Source: the human T2T-CHM13v2.0 reference genome, Homo sapiens. Taken from it: DNA of 64,000 nucleotides. The notes under the pieces were generated by a model, which was not told the DNA's origin, made no database searches, and saw nothing but the letters and a program-made list of their open reading frames with translations. Shown here piece after piece: positions 27,542 through 41,306 of the stretch; the stretch's first letter is position 1, and each line of letters starts with the position of its first letter. Location: NCBI RefSeq assembly GCF_009914755.1, contig NC_060939.1, one strand, 5' to 3'. The position numbers and the translations under genes were made by a program.

Positions 27542-30022
27542 GCTATAAATAGACTTTAACAGGGTAACATGATAGGGAGGGAGGGATAGGGGAGCAGGGT
27601 GGTCAAGGAAGGGACATTTAAACAGGCTAGAATGACAATGGCCAGCGAGGGAAAGATCCAGAAGTGTGTGCTGGAAGAAGAAAGAGCAAGCACAAAACCC
27701 TTAGGACAAAATCAGCTCGTGTGGTCAAGGCACAGCTAGAATGTGGCGGGGTTGAGGGTTTGGGGAATAGTGATCTGAGCAGGAGCAGGAGCGGATCACA
27801 TGGGGCCTCACAGGCCCTGGGAAGGAGCTGGATTTTTCTCCAAGAACATTCATCCTTTTCTGCCATGAAGTCCATAGGCCAAGCTCCCTTTTGCTCCCAC
27901 CCCCTCCAGCAGGATCAGACTACCCAGGGAACACGAGGACTTCTGGTGGGTGACTTGGAAGGAATAAGAGGAAGTTCCAAGTAAGTTGCCACAAGGAATC
28001 ATCACTCTGTATCTCTTCTCCTAACTGGAAATAAGTAATTTCCAGAGGCCTCACCTATGAAAATTCTGGCCAAAGGTGCCAAGAAACTTCCCCAGATTCA
28101 CCTAGATAGTACATTATGAGTCAAAGGTATGAATTCAGGTTGTGTTCTTAAGATACCCACCTTCTAGTGTACCATGTTATCTCCCAAGAGGCTTGAGAAG
28201 AGGCTATTCAGGAAACTGCATAGAGACTGAGTCCAAAGTGGACCTCAGAGAGAGGATGAAGAACAGCGTATCTCTTGTCCCAACAGGTCCAAGTCAAAGA
28301 GGTATTACTAGCAGGGACATAGATCAGTGAGTGAAGGGAATCACGACAGAGAGGCCAGAGAGGGGAGAGATTGATGTCATCTTTTCAAGTATTTCTGTAC
28401 TACACGTCCTAAACCCCGCCTGCTCCTTCCACTTCCTACTGTGCCCACCCCCACCTCCAGAAGCAGGCAGAACCTTCACCTAAAAGCTCACACAGGCCTT
28501 CGGCAAACCAAGGCCAGCTCTGTTTTTATTGTTTGACTAGCATCCGCCTGGCTCCTGGTCAGGACAGTGAGGTTGGCCTCGGACTGGCAGTGGCAGAAAC
28601 AGCTCCGTGGGCTGATTTCTGAAGCTGAAGTTTCGAAGAGGCTTCAAAACACCCCTCTCCCTGTCCCTCTGTGATCAGCAACACAGGAAGCAGCAGGAGT
28701 TGGTCAGCTCTTCCAACTGCCAGAGGTACGCGGTCTCTCATGGTAGGATGGGACTTTAGAAAAGGTTAGAGACTCAGCTCACGTCGGGGGGCTCTACTGA
28801 CTACCCACAGGTTGACTAGTAGGAATCCAGATATTTTTGAGCAGATGATGATCATGCTTTTGTAGGTGCTGGCTGAGACATAGCCCATTTAATCAGAAAT
28901 GACTTGATTAGAGCTCTTGAAAAAGCTCATCCTGAAAACCCCTGGAGGAAGTTAACAGGACTGTCTGCAGCCCTGCCACGGAGCAGGGCATTTGTATAGT
29001 GGCCTTTTTTTTCTTTTTTTTTTTTTTTTTTTGGAGCCCCTGGGAAATTTGCCTGAAGGACACTGTGGAAGAGCCACCATGCTGGGCTGTAGGAGCCAGC
29101 TTTGCAGGGGACCCCGGAGACACAGGGAAAGCCAGGACTCAGAGCCCCAGCAGGGCCCTGCCCTGTGGATGGAAGGTCCAGGAGTGGATCAGGAGTCCCA
29201 CTTGGGAACCCCCTCCTCCAAAATGGACCCTGTGTTACTCATTGGCAAGATCCCACCAACCGTGCGCATATTCCAGGCACTCTGCCCATATTCCTGGGCA
29301 GAACTGGAAGAGATTTGGGTTTCCCTCTCTCGTGAACTAATTAGTGATGCATTTTCCCATCTACCAACCCCTAAAACTTTCCGGATCTGAAATTCCATGA
29401 GAACATTCCCCATATCCCCCTTGATTTATATTTGTTACCTAGTATGTTGTCTCCCCCTTGAAATGTGTTTGTTGACTGAATAATGGAATTAATGAGTAAA
29501 GCTAATGAGCGTAAAGGGACTGTAAATGCTGAGAAAACCATAGCATTGTAGCCACAGGACCTGGATTCCAAACCAAACTCAGCCACTCACTATCTGTGTG
29601 ACTTTGGGCACGTTGTCTAACCTCTCTGAGCCATTGTCTTCCTTCCTATGAAGACTGTTCTAAGGATAAGAAACGGCACATGTACAGCTCAGAGAGGAGT
29701 TCCTGACATACAGCAGGCCCTTCCTAAAGATGGCCCCTAGATTGTTCCTGAAGCCATGGCATAAGTGGATTCTGGCTATAAAATGCCCACTGTTGCCTGA
29801 AGATAGAGAGGGGGTGACTGCCCTCCCTGACCACAGAGAAGCTCCAAGAGCTCTGTGGCAAGCCGTGGAGACAGCAGTGGCAGATTAGGCTCTTCCTTTA
29901 CAGTCCACAGTTTTATTTGAACTCACATCCTAGTCCTGGGGTGAATAGAGGAATGATCCCTAGGCTAAAATAGTTGGTGGGGTGGGGGGCCCCATTGTTT
30001 GCTGTCACTGCAGAACAAATGA

Positions 30023-30267
30023 CCATTCATTTACAGCATCATTTAAATTAGATACAGATGCAAATTGTATGTGGGTGGTGTTTCTTATCAGGCTAGCACC
30101 CATTAGTTGGGTGGCTACTTTGTGCAGAAACTGACCTCAGTGCCCCATTCACTTGGACCATCATTTAAATTCGATATAGATGCAAATTGCATGTGAGTGG
30201 CACTTTTTATCAGGCTAGCACCCATTAGTTGGGTGGCTACTTTGTGCAGAAACTGACCTCAGTGCCC
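30023..30267. repeat. 122-bp tandem duplication (2 copies)
   Basis: Matching positions offset by exactly 122 nt, e.g. CATCATTTAAAT at 30037 and 30159. Confidence 0.95.
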
Positions 30268-32958
30268 ATAGTAGGTGCTTGGTGTATCCATATTAGTTGA
30301 AATGCAGTGAGGGGCATACACAATGCAGGTGTTCTTGCTCCTCAGTGAGGGAGGAACCAGCCAGACAAACCTTGAGAAAGGAGGCCAACTCAGCATCTCT
30401 CATTTAAGTCCTACAGCGTCCTATGCTATTTGATAGATCCTATCTAATCAGCACTTTAGAGGTAAGGAAATTGAGCCTCGAGAGGTTAAATAATTGAGCC
30501 AAGGTCATATGCTCACAGGAAAGTGTCAGAGCTGCGATTCAGCCACATCTGTCTGACTCCCAATCATGCTCTTTCTGTTGCACCAGGGCCTGCTCCCACC
30601 CTGGCCATCGCACCCACCCATGCACACATCCCTTAAGTGGTTGGCCTAGTAGTTTGAAACAAAAGTGGGAAAGAAGCCACAAGCCAGGATGAGTCTGCTA
30701 ATAAGTTGGTCATAACAACAAGAAATGACAAAGGACACAGGCAGACAGGAGAGCGTTTCAGGCTGGGGGAGGTTTCCAGGCGGTGGCATTTGCATGGGGC
30801 CTCAAGGAAGGTGGGATTAGGTCAGACATCGAGCTAAAGAGAGGGTGTTTTTTGAAGGAATGGAACTGTGTGAGCAAAAGAAGGGAGAGAAAGGACAGGG
30901 CCAGACCCTAGCCCCAGATTCAAATAGGGCACTGCCAGGGGATAAGACCCATGTCACATCGGCAGTCAGGTAACAAGTATAACTTGCAGGTATGACACTC
31001 TCCGTGGTGTCATTTCTCGGTTTCTTATTTTCTTTTCTCGCAGCTCCACTACCCGAGCCTTTTTTTTTGCTCCCCAGAGAGCCTCCCCTCACTTCTGTTA
31101 GATGTGTGCACCACCCTCCCAACCTCACAACTCTCCTTTCTGCCTTTTCCTCCCTAGCACAGTGAGGGCATGGGGGCATCTTTCTGAATAGGCTGGACCT
31201 TCCCAGAGAATGTGCTCAATAGGCAAGCGAAACCCTTGTGCATTGCCCTGGATGTTGCAGCAGAACAGCAAGCAATGAGCAGGTCCCTGGCCACGAGGGA
31301 GGCTGAGAGGGTGGAGATGCAGTTCCTTCTGTTCCCAGAAGTTAAAAAGGTGGAACTCTTCTCTGCACTGCGTGGAGCTGGCATTTGGAATCTCAGGGAA
31401 CTCCAGAGTTAATTCTCCCACCTGCCCCCATTTCAGAGATGGAAAATCCGAGGCTCCGGGTCAGGCAGCCATTTTAGTCAGGGCCAAGGTTAGGACCCAG
31501 AGCCGACTCACTCATGTCTGCTATCTCTGGATACAGGTTTGTCTGCACTCACTAGGCTAGAAGCAACTCCAAGGAAAAACCTTTCTTTCCCTTCACTGGG
31601 CCCCTCTGTCTTAGCACAGAGCTGCTCAAGGCCAATCCTAGACAAAAGTATGGCCTTGAAGGGTTTATCTCCAGCACTCCCCACCCTGCTGCCAACTGTC
31701 TGTTTCACAGGACCTACACACTTGCCCGGAATGGAGAAAAACACATGGAATTTGATTTATTAAGATGCTTCAGTGATGACAGAGCAAGTAACAAATTTGG
31801 AAAAAGGAAATCAAAGATACGGAAAAAGACAAGGTGTTGAAGAAGGTGGGGAGAAGAGAAAGAGGAGGAAATATCAAAAGAGTATTGGCAGCTACAAAAA
31901 TTACCTTCACAATTTCCCTGGGGGTGATGCTTGCATGATGATCCCAATTTACAGAAGGGAAAACTGTAAACTGAGGCCTTACATGAGTTTCCTGGTGAGT
32001 TAGGACAGAGATGGGACTGAAATCAGCTTCCTGGCTTCCCGTTTCTATACCATCCCACCACGTCTGTTTAGAATAAGTGGGAAGTTAACAGCTGCAGTTG
32101 GGGTGACTCTGGCCAGATATGCTCTTGGTGTAGGGTCCCTGGCCTTTTCCCTATGCTGGGTTTGAAATCCCAGCCTCGAGTGCATATGCTACTGCGTTTA
32201 TGCACAGCTATCAGGATGATCTTGTTCATGAGCGAGTGACAAGAGAAAAGGTGCTATTGGGAGATTAGGCTGCAAATAAGTGATGTGCTGGTGACTGGTG
32301 ACTACAGGAATGGGGCACCTTGGTCCTTTCGAATCCATCTTCTAGGACTTAAGTCAGGGACACAGAGCCACCTGGTCGCAGGCAAATCTTACTGGTCTAC
32401 CAGTCTACCAAACCCCAACGTCTACTTACTCATCTAACAAGGAGGTGTCAAATACCATTTTGTGTTATTCCTGGTACTGTGTGAGTTAGCATAAAGGGAT
32501 TTTGTTTTCATTTAAGACTTGATTTTCAAACTCTAGGAGGTCACAGTCTGCGTGATGAGACAGAGTTAGCACACATAAAACAACAGAAGAAAAATTGGGT
32601 GCTAAACAGCATGTAGGAAGTCATAGCTGGGGGGATTACAACCCAGGGCCAAGGCCTGGTGAGGTTTCAGGGAGGAGGCCTGCAGGATCTGGGAGGGGAG
32701 GGTGGGCGTTCACATAGCCAGCAAACATTTGCTGAGTCTACACTGATGTGGACTCACGCTGGGCCAGGGGAGGTGACATGGAGATGAGCATTTCCTGACC
32801 ATACCCTAGGGCTGGCAAACTGGCCTTGGTTTTAGGGCCAGCCTCAATGTCCCCAGGGACACATGGAGGACAGCACAATGAATGGAGAATGAGGCTTCAT
32901 TCAAAGGAAAGAAAAGTGCTCATTATCCTTCCCCAGCCCGTTTCTTTATTTACTATTA

Positions 32959-33636
32959 TAGTCATGCAACATTTAACAGGGATGCGTTCTGAGAAATGCA
33001 TTCTTAGGCAATTTTGTCATCCAGCAACATGTGCAGTGGAGACCCCTCCACTAAAGTGTACTTACACAAACCTGGATGGTACAGCCTACTACACTCCTAG
33101 GCCATATGGTATAACCTAGTGCTCCTAGGTGACACACCCATACAGCATGTTACTATACTGAATACTGTATTTTTACTGTACCTTTTGTATGTGTAGATAG
33201 GTTTAGATACACAAATACTTGCCTTTGTGTATACACAAATACTTCCCTTTGTGTATCTAAACCTATCTAAACCTATAAAAGATACAGTAAAAATCCTGTA
33301 TAAAAGATAAACAATGGTACACCTATAGGGCATTTACCATGAACAGAGCTTGCAGGACTGGAAGTTGCTCTGGATGGGTGAGTGACTGAGTGGTGAGTGA
33401 ATGCGAAGGCCTAGTACATTATTGTACACTGGTGTAGGCTTTATAGACACTGTACACTTAGGCTACACTAAATTTGTAAAAATAAATAAAGTAATTGCAC
33501 TATGACGCTACGACGGCTGCAGCGTCACCAGGTGATCACCAGGTGATCGGCGTTTGTCAGCCCCATTAGAATCTTACAGGACCATCATCGTAGGTACAGT
33601 TTGTTGTTGACTGAAATGTTATGTGGCCCATGGCTG
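32959..33636. mobile_element. Tigger3/MER7-like TcMar DNA transposon fossil
   Basis: TA-flanked, degenerate terminal inverted repeats (TAGTCATG...CATGGCTG); internal GTACTTACACAAACCT.GATGGTA.AGCCTACTACAC. Confidence 0.85.
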
Positions 33637-34964
33637 TAGTTACGTCCAGTAGTATGCTGGTAAATCCACTCTCAAAAAGGAAAAGAAAGAAAAAGAAAAA
33701 GAAGAAGTCTCACCTCGTTGATAGTGTCTGCTGATATCCATCATAACCAGTTTCAAACTACCAGTGTGATGTCACCGAACACAAAATTTGAAAGAGATGC
33801 ATAAAATGGACTCTGGCCGGCTGGTGCCAATTGGCTGTAGCATAACACTGGTTCTCCTTGGAGCCCTGGGAAGGGGTGACCCTGATTGTTCCTCCTCTGG
33901 GCCGCACATGGCCTGTGACCTTCCCAAAATCACATGCTGCACTAAAGCGCTATCATTAATCAATACAGCCATGCACATCACAAGGAAGCAGCGTGTCTCT
34001 AGCTGAGACTTACTGAATGTGAAGGGGTCTACCTCATTTGGCTGGGCACCACCTAGGTGCTCATCACATGTGAGCCCCCAGTCCCATCCTCAGCCCTCCG
34101 CCCCCCAAGGCCTAGGGTTGAAGGAGATCACTTCTAAGACGTACGGGCTGCCATTTGTCCATTCATTCATTCAGCAATTTCCTCTCTTTGTGCCACACAC
34201 TACATTGGGTGCCAGGGAGACAGTAGGGAACAAGACAGACACAGCAGCTACCTTGTGAAGTTCATTAATGCTGGGAATTATGAGGGCCAGGCCCCCTGGC
34301 ACTGAGTTCTGGTTTGGGCTCCACTTCCAACCTACCATATGGCCTTGAGCAACTCAGCCTCCTCCTTGGGCCTCAGTTTCTTCATCTGTAAAATGAAGAA
34401 GTTAGGCTTGATGTTCACTAAGGTCTCTCACAGCTTAGACCTTCTGTGGCTCCAGGGGGTAAAGAGAGGTCCAGAAGGCCGCCACAGGAGGAAGCGTTGG
34501 TTGGAGGGGCCAGGAATGTCTCCATGGAGGAACAGCAGGCAGGAAGCAGATTGGACCTCTGAAGATTCACCATGAGTCCCATGAAAGAGGAGGGGATGTG
34601 TTTTGGGTGGCTTCTGATGGTGGAACTCTTGGATGTAAATTATAATGTGGCTGAGCCATTTTGACTCAATCTTGAAAGTTCTTGAGTACAATTGGAGCTG
34701 CTCAGCCAAGGAATGGGCCACCTTGTGATGGAATGAGCACCTAACATGCAATCAGAGGCCAAAGACCACCTGGCTGAGCTGTATATACAGGATTCATGCC
34801 AGGGAGGTCATTATTGTAAAGCATCATGATCGTCAGTAGTGAAGGAATGAAAAAAAAGAAGTTGTGTGGTCCATTGTATTATGTGGAAAAGACAAATAGC
34901 ATGCAAAAAGATTGCAATTACAGAAAAACACAAGTAGATACCTTAAAAAAAAAAAAAAAGACTA

Positions 34965-35232
<268 letters not shown>

Positions 35233-37967
35233 TAGAAGGCAAACTATCAAAACACTAATAATGAGGATTCGGATTTTAGATGATGGTCATTTTTTTCCCC
35301 ATTGTCCTATTTTCCAAATATTTGGTAGTATGATAATGTTGTGTTTGAAATGAATGCAGTTTTATTATTTATGGAAAGTCATCTGGTCCAACCCTCATCC
35401 TGGGACAGGAAGCCTCTCTACAACCACTAAACTCTCTTCCAATCCCCCAGTTCTGAGAGGCTCACTCAGGCCTGACAACCAGGGAGGTGGGAGGAAAGTT
35501 ACACTGATGGATGCTTGCTGAGTGCCAGAGCCTGTGCTGGGTGCAGAGCCAAAGAAACAGTGTCCGGCCTGGAGGAGGGACGATGGCAGTCACATTATCT
35601 CACTCAGTCTTTGAAACAGCCGTGGGGCAGGTCCTAGATTATTAAGCAGTAGGCGTCCACCCACGTCGAGGAGGGGTCTCCACTGCACATGTTGCTGGAA
35701 GATGCATTCAGGGAGAGTGGGTGAGCTGCCTGTTCAATCCCATAATTTGATGGAATCCAGGCCAAGACCTTGGCCAGGTAGACAACCATGGGGTAGAGTC
35801 TGGCTGATGAGGAGGTGAAGGTTTCCTTGTCTGCAACCTGGACACATGCACGCATGCTCACACAGACACATAGCCTCAGCTCAAGCTAAAAGCACCTCAC
35901 TTTCCCCTACCAAATCTCCACATAATGCTCTCTGAGAAAGTCAATTCCCTGGTGATGAACCCAAACCACATGACTCTCACCCGGCCTTCACCCAGCATCC
36001 CCTTCCTGCTCCCCAAGCTCCCCTCTCCACTTCATTTCAGGCTCCCCGTCTCCTTCCTCTGCCTCACCTATGCTGTCGCCCTGTCAGCACCTAATTCAGC
36101 TTCCCATGGAGAAAGGCCTCCCTGTTGACAGGGCCGTGCTGGGACTCAGGACTGCCAAAGTCAGTCTTCTCGCATAAAAGGCTCAGTGAGTCCTGGAGAC
36201 ACTTGGAAGCCAGACAGAATGGAATTTCTCCCTATTTTCTTTACAGCTGAGAAAACACACACAAACACAAGAGCATATTTATTGCGATATTTCTATCCCA
36301 AAGTTTGTCTTTAAAAAAAAAAAAGAAATAAAATTAGTTTCTCTGCCCACTCCACCCCTATCCCCCTACCCCCACTCTCCTCCTCCCCACCTCTTTTCAT
36401 TCCTTCCCATTTCCTGGTTTAGGCCAGGGAGAGAAATCAAGCCGTCCAAGCCCCACAGAGCACTCCTACAACCCCGGACAATGTCCAGCTTGTTCAGAGA
36501 GTGAGGGAAGAAACACAGCTCCGAAAACATACACACAACCTCCCAATGAAGGGTGTTCTGAGGGAAGAACAGGCGGGCCTTGTGTCTGAACACGAATCCC
36601 TAAGGCTCTGGGAAGAGAGGAGCCGGAAAGTCTAGACCCCTCCCCAGAGTGGAGAAGACACTTTGCCCTCTGCCCTCTGGGGAACTATTTCCCAGCCGCA
36701 ACTCGTCACATGGGGCTTAAACCAGAGCCCCTCATGGTGCCACAGCCTGCAGCCAGAGACTTTTCTTTAAAAGGCAGCATCTAGGTAGAAAAATCCCTAA
36801 GGAGACACAGGGGCTACTTCTCAGAACTTTGGGATTTTCCAGACTTTCTCCAGTGTGAGGATGACGTGCCTCATGCATTCACGCCATACCCCCAGCAGCA
36901 CCCACAGACAGCCCTTTCATTTCTGGGGTGACTCGTATATGTAGCATAGGTGGTAGAAAGATGACACACTCAATCAACAGGAAGAAAGGGTCACTCGGAG
37001 TCCTGGGCCCACCCTGCCCCTGCCCCTGGCATTCCTGGATGGGAACACCAGTGCCCTCCCAACACCCCTCCTGAGCCTAGGGACTCCTGGGGTGCCCCCC
37101 TCATCCCCAAATCCATCCAGCTCCAGCCGGCGGTGACTGAGCCAAGAGCGACACCTGCTGGGCCACTGGACTCTGATAGAGCAAAGGTCTGGGAATGCCA
37201 CGGGCGAGAGTTGCTGAAAGCTCCAATCTTTTCTTTAGTCCCAGATCCTCCATCCGCTCCAAGGTTCCCTCCCTCTGTGATGCAAGCACTTCTTAAACCA
37301 AAAGGGGAGGGTAGGTGCTGATGCAAGTCCATCCAACAGAACAACTCGGGGAACATCACCAGGCATGCACCGTGGAGGGAAGGTCACAGGAGGTGTCTGT
37401 AATGGGACTGCACGTGTTCTAGGCCAGCGGTGCTCCATCTTGGCTGCACCTTAGAACCTTCCAAGCTCTAAAAATCCTGAGGTCCAGGCTGAAGCCCAGG
37501 TGATTTCAGTGTGCAGCTGAGGTTGAGAGCACTGCTCTGGTGGGTCTCCTGTACATTCTCTTGGGTCTTCTTGGGTCCACCTATGCTGGAGTCAGGGTTC
37601 CAATTGTGCACCTTTACACTGCGGTTGTCACAGACCTGTGTACTTATTATGACAGCTTTACAGCAGATGATGATAAGGAAGGTTTGTCTTTCTAATCCAC
37701 ATGAAGTCATTGATCTAGCAGGAGAGCTACAGCTTCCTAGGTCTAGTTTCTCTCCTAAAATATTAATCCGTTCATCCCATAACCTCCTCAAGAGCTCTCT
37801 AGGTGAATATCTTTTCCCTGACATGAACCAGGCCCCTAAACCTTGCCTGAAACCTTGGAGGCTAGTCCATTCTAAAACACACGTGATCTCTGGATTTGAA
37901 GTTGGTGGCAGGCCCAAGTTTCATTAGGGATGTTGAGCAACTCATCACTTCTCTGGGCCTGAAGGAC

Positions 37968-38570
37968 TGTGTTAGTCAGGGTTCTCCAAGGAAACAAACC
38001 AATAGGACACATGCACACAGACACACACATACGCACACAGACACACACATACACACACACACACACGAGAGACAGAGAGAGAGAGAATTATTATAAGGAA
38101 TGGGTTCATGCAATTATAGAGGCTGGCAAGTCCCAAGGTCTGCATGATAAGTTGGTAAGCTAGACCAGGAGACCTGGTGGTGTAATTCTAGTCCAAGTTT
38201 GAAGGCTTGAGACCTAAATGAAATGATTGGAGTAGTTTCAGTTTGAAAGTCAGTAAGCTTGAGACCTAGGAAGAAAAGATGTTTCAATTCAAGTCCAAAG
38301 GGAAGAAAAAGCAATGTTCTAGCTCAAAGGCCATCCAGCACAAAGAATTCTCTCTTTCTCAGGACAGGTCAGTCTTTTCTCTCTATTCAGTCTTCAACTG
38401 ATTGGACTAGACCCTCCCACATTAGGGAGGACCATCTGCTTTATTCAATCTACCAATTCCAATGTCAATCTCATCCAGAAACACCCTCACAGACACACCC
38501 AGCACAATGCTTGGCCAAATGTCTGGTTTCCCCGGCCCAGTCAAGTTGACTCATACAATTAACCATCACA
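37968..38570 (-). mobile_element. MLT2 (ERVL) solo LTR with internal (CA)n/(GA)n tract
   Basis: TGTGTTAGTCAGGGTTCTCC...AACCAATAGGA ... CCCAGTCAAGTTGAC.CATA.AATTAACCATCACA. Confidence 0.85.
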
Positions 38571-38850
38571 GGAACTCATTCAGATGAGACTTCACTGGCT
38601 GAAAGATGGGAGGTTAGGTTTATTAGCCTAATGCCCGGAATTAAACTGAGAAACCTGTGAAGGTTTTGTGAGGGAAGGATTTTTTAAGAAAATATCTCAC
38701 AAACCACATGCAGCCTCCTTCTCTGGAGATGATTCCAGGTCCTTGGGTGTGGAATTATCACTTTGCATCATATGTCACATGACTCTGCTTGACCTCACCA
38801 TGCCTTCACTGTCTAAATAACGCCTCTGCCTCCCCTCTTCCAGGTGAACT

Positions 38851-38920
38851 ATGACCACTTTACTCTGGGTTTTCGTGACTCTGAGGGTCATCACTGCAGC
38901 TGTCACTGTAGAAACTTCAG
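38851..38920 (+). CDS. ACAN: ACAN exon 2 coding part: start codon and signal peptide (exon starts 38844)
   Basis: Acceptor TTCCAG|GTGAACT ATG; encodes MTTLLWVFVTLRVITAAVTVETS; donor CAG|GTGAGG; 70 coding nt. Confidence 0.97.
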
Positions 38921-41306
38921 GTGAGGACATTCCTATACATGTTTCACGTATTCAGTAGGCATGAGTAGTGGGTTTGAGTACTGGGTACTGAACCTGGTGC
39001 TACTGGTCCCAGGGATATAATTTCCCCTTTCCTGGACTTTTCCTGGCCCCACCCTTCCCCTGTTGATGCATGCATAACTGTGATGGGATAGCACCCATGC
39101 GCGGGCACACTCTTGCAGGAGCCTTGCTCAGATAACACTGCTCCTGACTGCCCTCAAGCCCCGACAGCTGGCAGGGAGAGCTCCCGGCAGGTGCCCTCCT
39201 TCCCTCCATGGATCTCAGTGAGGACTGCTGCGCACTGAGCTTGCCGGAGGGGCAGGACATAGACAAACCAGTGGAGAAAGGACCATTGAGGGAGGATCAG
39301 CTGGAGCACCAAAGAAGAAAGGTCACTTGGGAGACAGCCAGAGAAAAGCCCCAGGGAATCAGACAGGTCTTTGCCTTTTCTGCAAACCATCCTCGGGAAG
39401 CCCCAGCCTGGTCTCGTGCATGTGGAAGGCACTGGGTCTACTGCTAATCCAGCATTGGACCAAATGAGCAAAACTTCCACTGACCCCAGGATGGGCTTGA
39501 CCCCAGAAGGGAAGGTATGTCTTCCCCAGGCCCAGACAAGAGAGGACTCTGCTCTTGGCTGTGTATTTTAGAGGCCCCCACTGGCCATCCTCCAGCCTCA
39601 ACCTTCTCCAAAGGAAGGGGAGTCAGCAGGGCCAATGTGTCTGCCCAAATCTGCACTTCCCCTTTAGAGCACATTCTGGGGTCCCAGGATGCCCAGAATT
39701 TCCTCTCCAAGTGGGCCCAGGCCACATCCAGGGCCTGCATGGGTCCATCCTCCTACGGGGACACCATACCCCTGGTGGGAGCCACCCTGGGCCCAAGGGA
39801 GGGGCCAAGGAGTGGCTGTTTGTATGGGGTGTGGGCAGAGCAGGGCTGTGGGGCTGAGATAAGCACAGCAGCACATGAGACCCCCTCACAGTGCAGTCAG
39901 TGTGGGAAAAAGAAGGCGGCCCAGCTCCCCATGCTCCCACCCAGCCACTACAGCCCAAGGCAAAACACCAAGAAATCCAAGAATTCTGAATTTAAATCTG
40001 TGCTTTCAGGTCATTTTGAAAGGTACCATTGTCAAATAGGAAGATAGGACATAGAACTTAACAATCTGTTGGCCTGATTTACAACTTTTGCATCTGTAGA
40101 CATATGGGACAAGGGCCTTCATTTGTACTGTTGCTGGGAGACCCACAGCCATGCAGCCCCTGGCTGTACCCAGGGGTGGTCCGCCCACACAGGGAAACCA
40201 GTTCATTAGGTTTGAGTGGGGCTTTAAAAACTGCTGAGCTGGGCACGACAGTCCCTTTCAGCTCTCCCCTGAGAACCACTACTGCTAAAACCAAGCCATG
40301 TCCAGGGTGCGAGGGCCCAGCACTCGGAGGAAGATGCCTGTGGAAGGGGCCAGTGGGACTGCCCAGGACATCAGAAGGTTAAGGCCTGGACTCTAAGCAT
40401 TCCTCGCTCCCCTCCCCTTGCCCTGTGATGTATCTACAACCCACAAATATCTGAAACATTTTTTATTTCAACCTGTAGGCCCCCATGAAAGAACAGGTTT
40501 CATAAATGTATGAGTCTCCATGAAAGGTGCTTTTTTTTTTTTTTTGGAAAGCTGTTTTTTTTCTTTTTTTTTTTTCCCCATTCCCAGCAGATCTTTTGTT
40601 TCTAACAAGATTTGGTAAGCTTGTTGCACCTCCTCTATTGACACTCTCCATTATATTAACATGTTTGGAGTCTGATCCTATCCCATCGCCTCTCCTGCAT
40701 CTGACTGTTTGCACACCAAAAGGTCTGATCTTCTCGGATGCTTCTCCACCTGAGTCCCCTGACTCCCAAACAGCAGAAGAGAGTGACTTGTCCCGGTGGC
40801 AAAATCAGGCTCGCACCCAAAAGCAGACCTCCCCAAATGGGACACATCTTAGAAGTTTTCTGTCTCAGCTTTAAAATTGTGTAGATTACTTTTCTACCCC
40901 AACATAATTTTTCCCAAAATCTTTGAGTTAAGCTGTCACTCCAAGGAGATGGGTCCTGTTTTATTCCACGCTTTGGTGCCCACTGCAGTACCCCAGTTTG
41001 AGAAACAGGGAGTTGGTCCTGACTCTGACGTCTCCCCTCCCTCCTCTGGAATCCTTTTCTAGCTCCATAGTTTCTGTCTCGAGATGCAGAGGCCAGGGGT
41101 CTTGAGGAACACTGCTCTGGAAAGGGCGTGGCAAGCCTTTCTGGGAATTCCCACATGACACGGGAGCATCCCCATCATAGAGACAGACACACTCATCGGA
41201 TTTCGCTCTCTCAGGAGAGTGCATTGCTGGAAGGATGGATGGGGAGGCGGGGTGGTCCTCTCTAGGCACTAACAGGTCTCTCTTCTACCCCACCTCTCCC
41301 ACACAG

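Noticed and set aside
39517-41156. 166-176 aa ORFs in intron 2
   Set aside because: No recognisable protein features or exon structure; compatible with chance ORFs.
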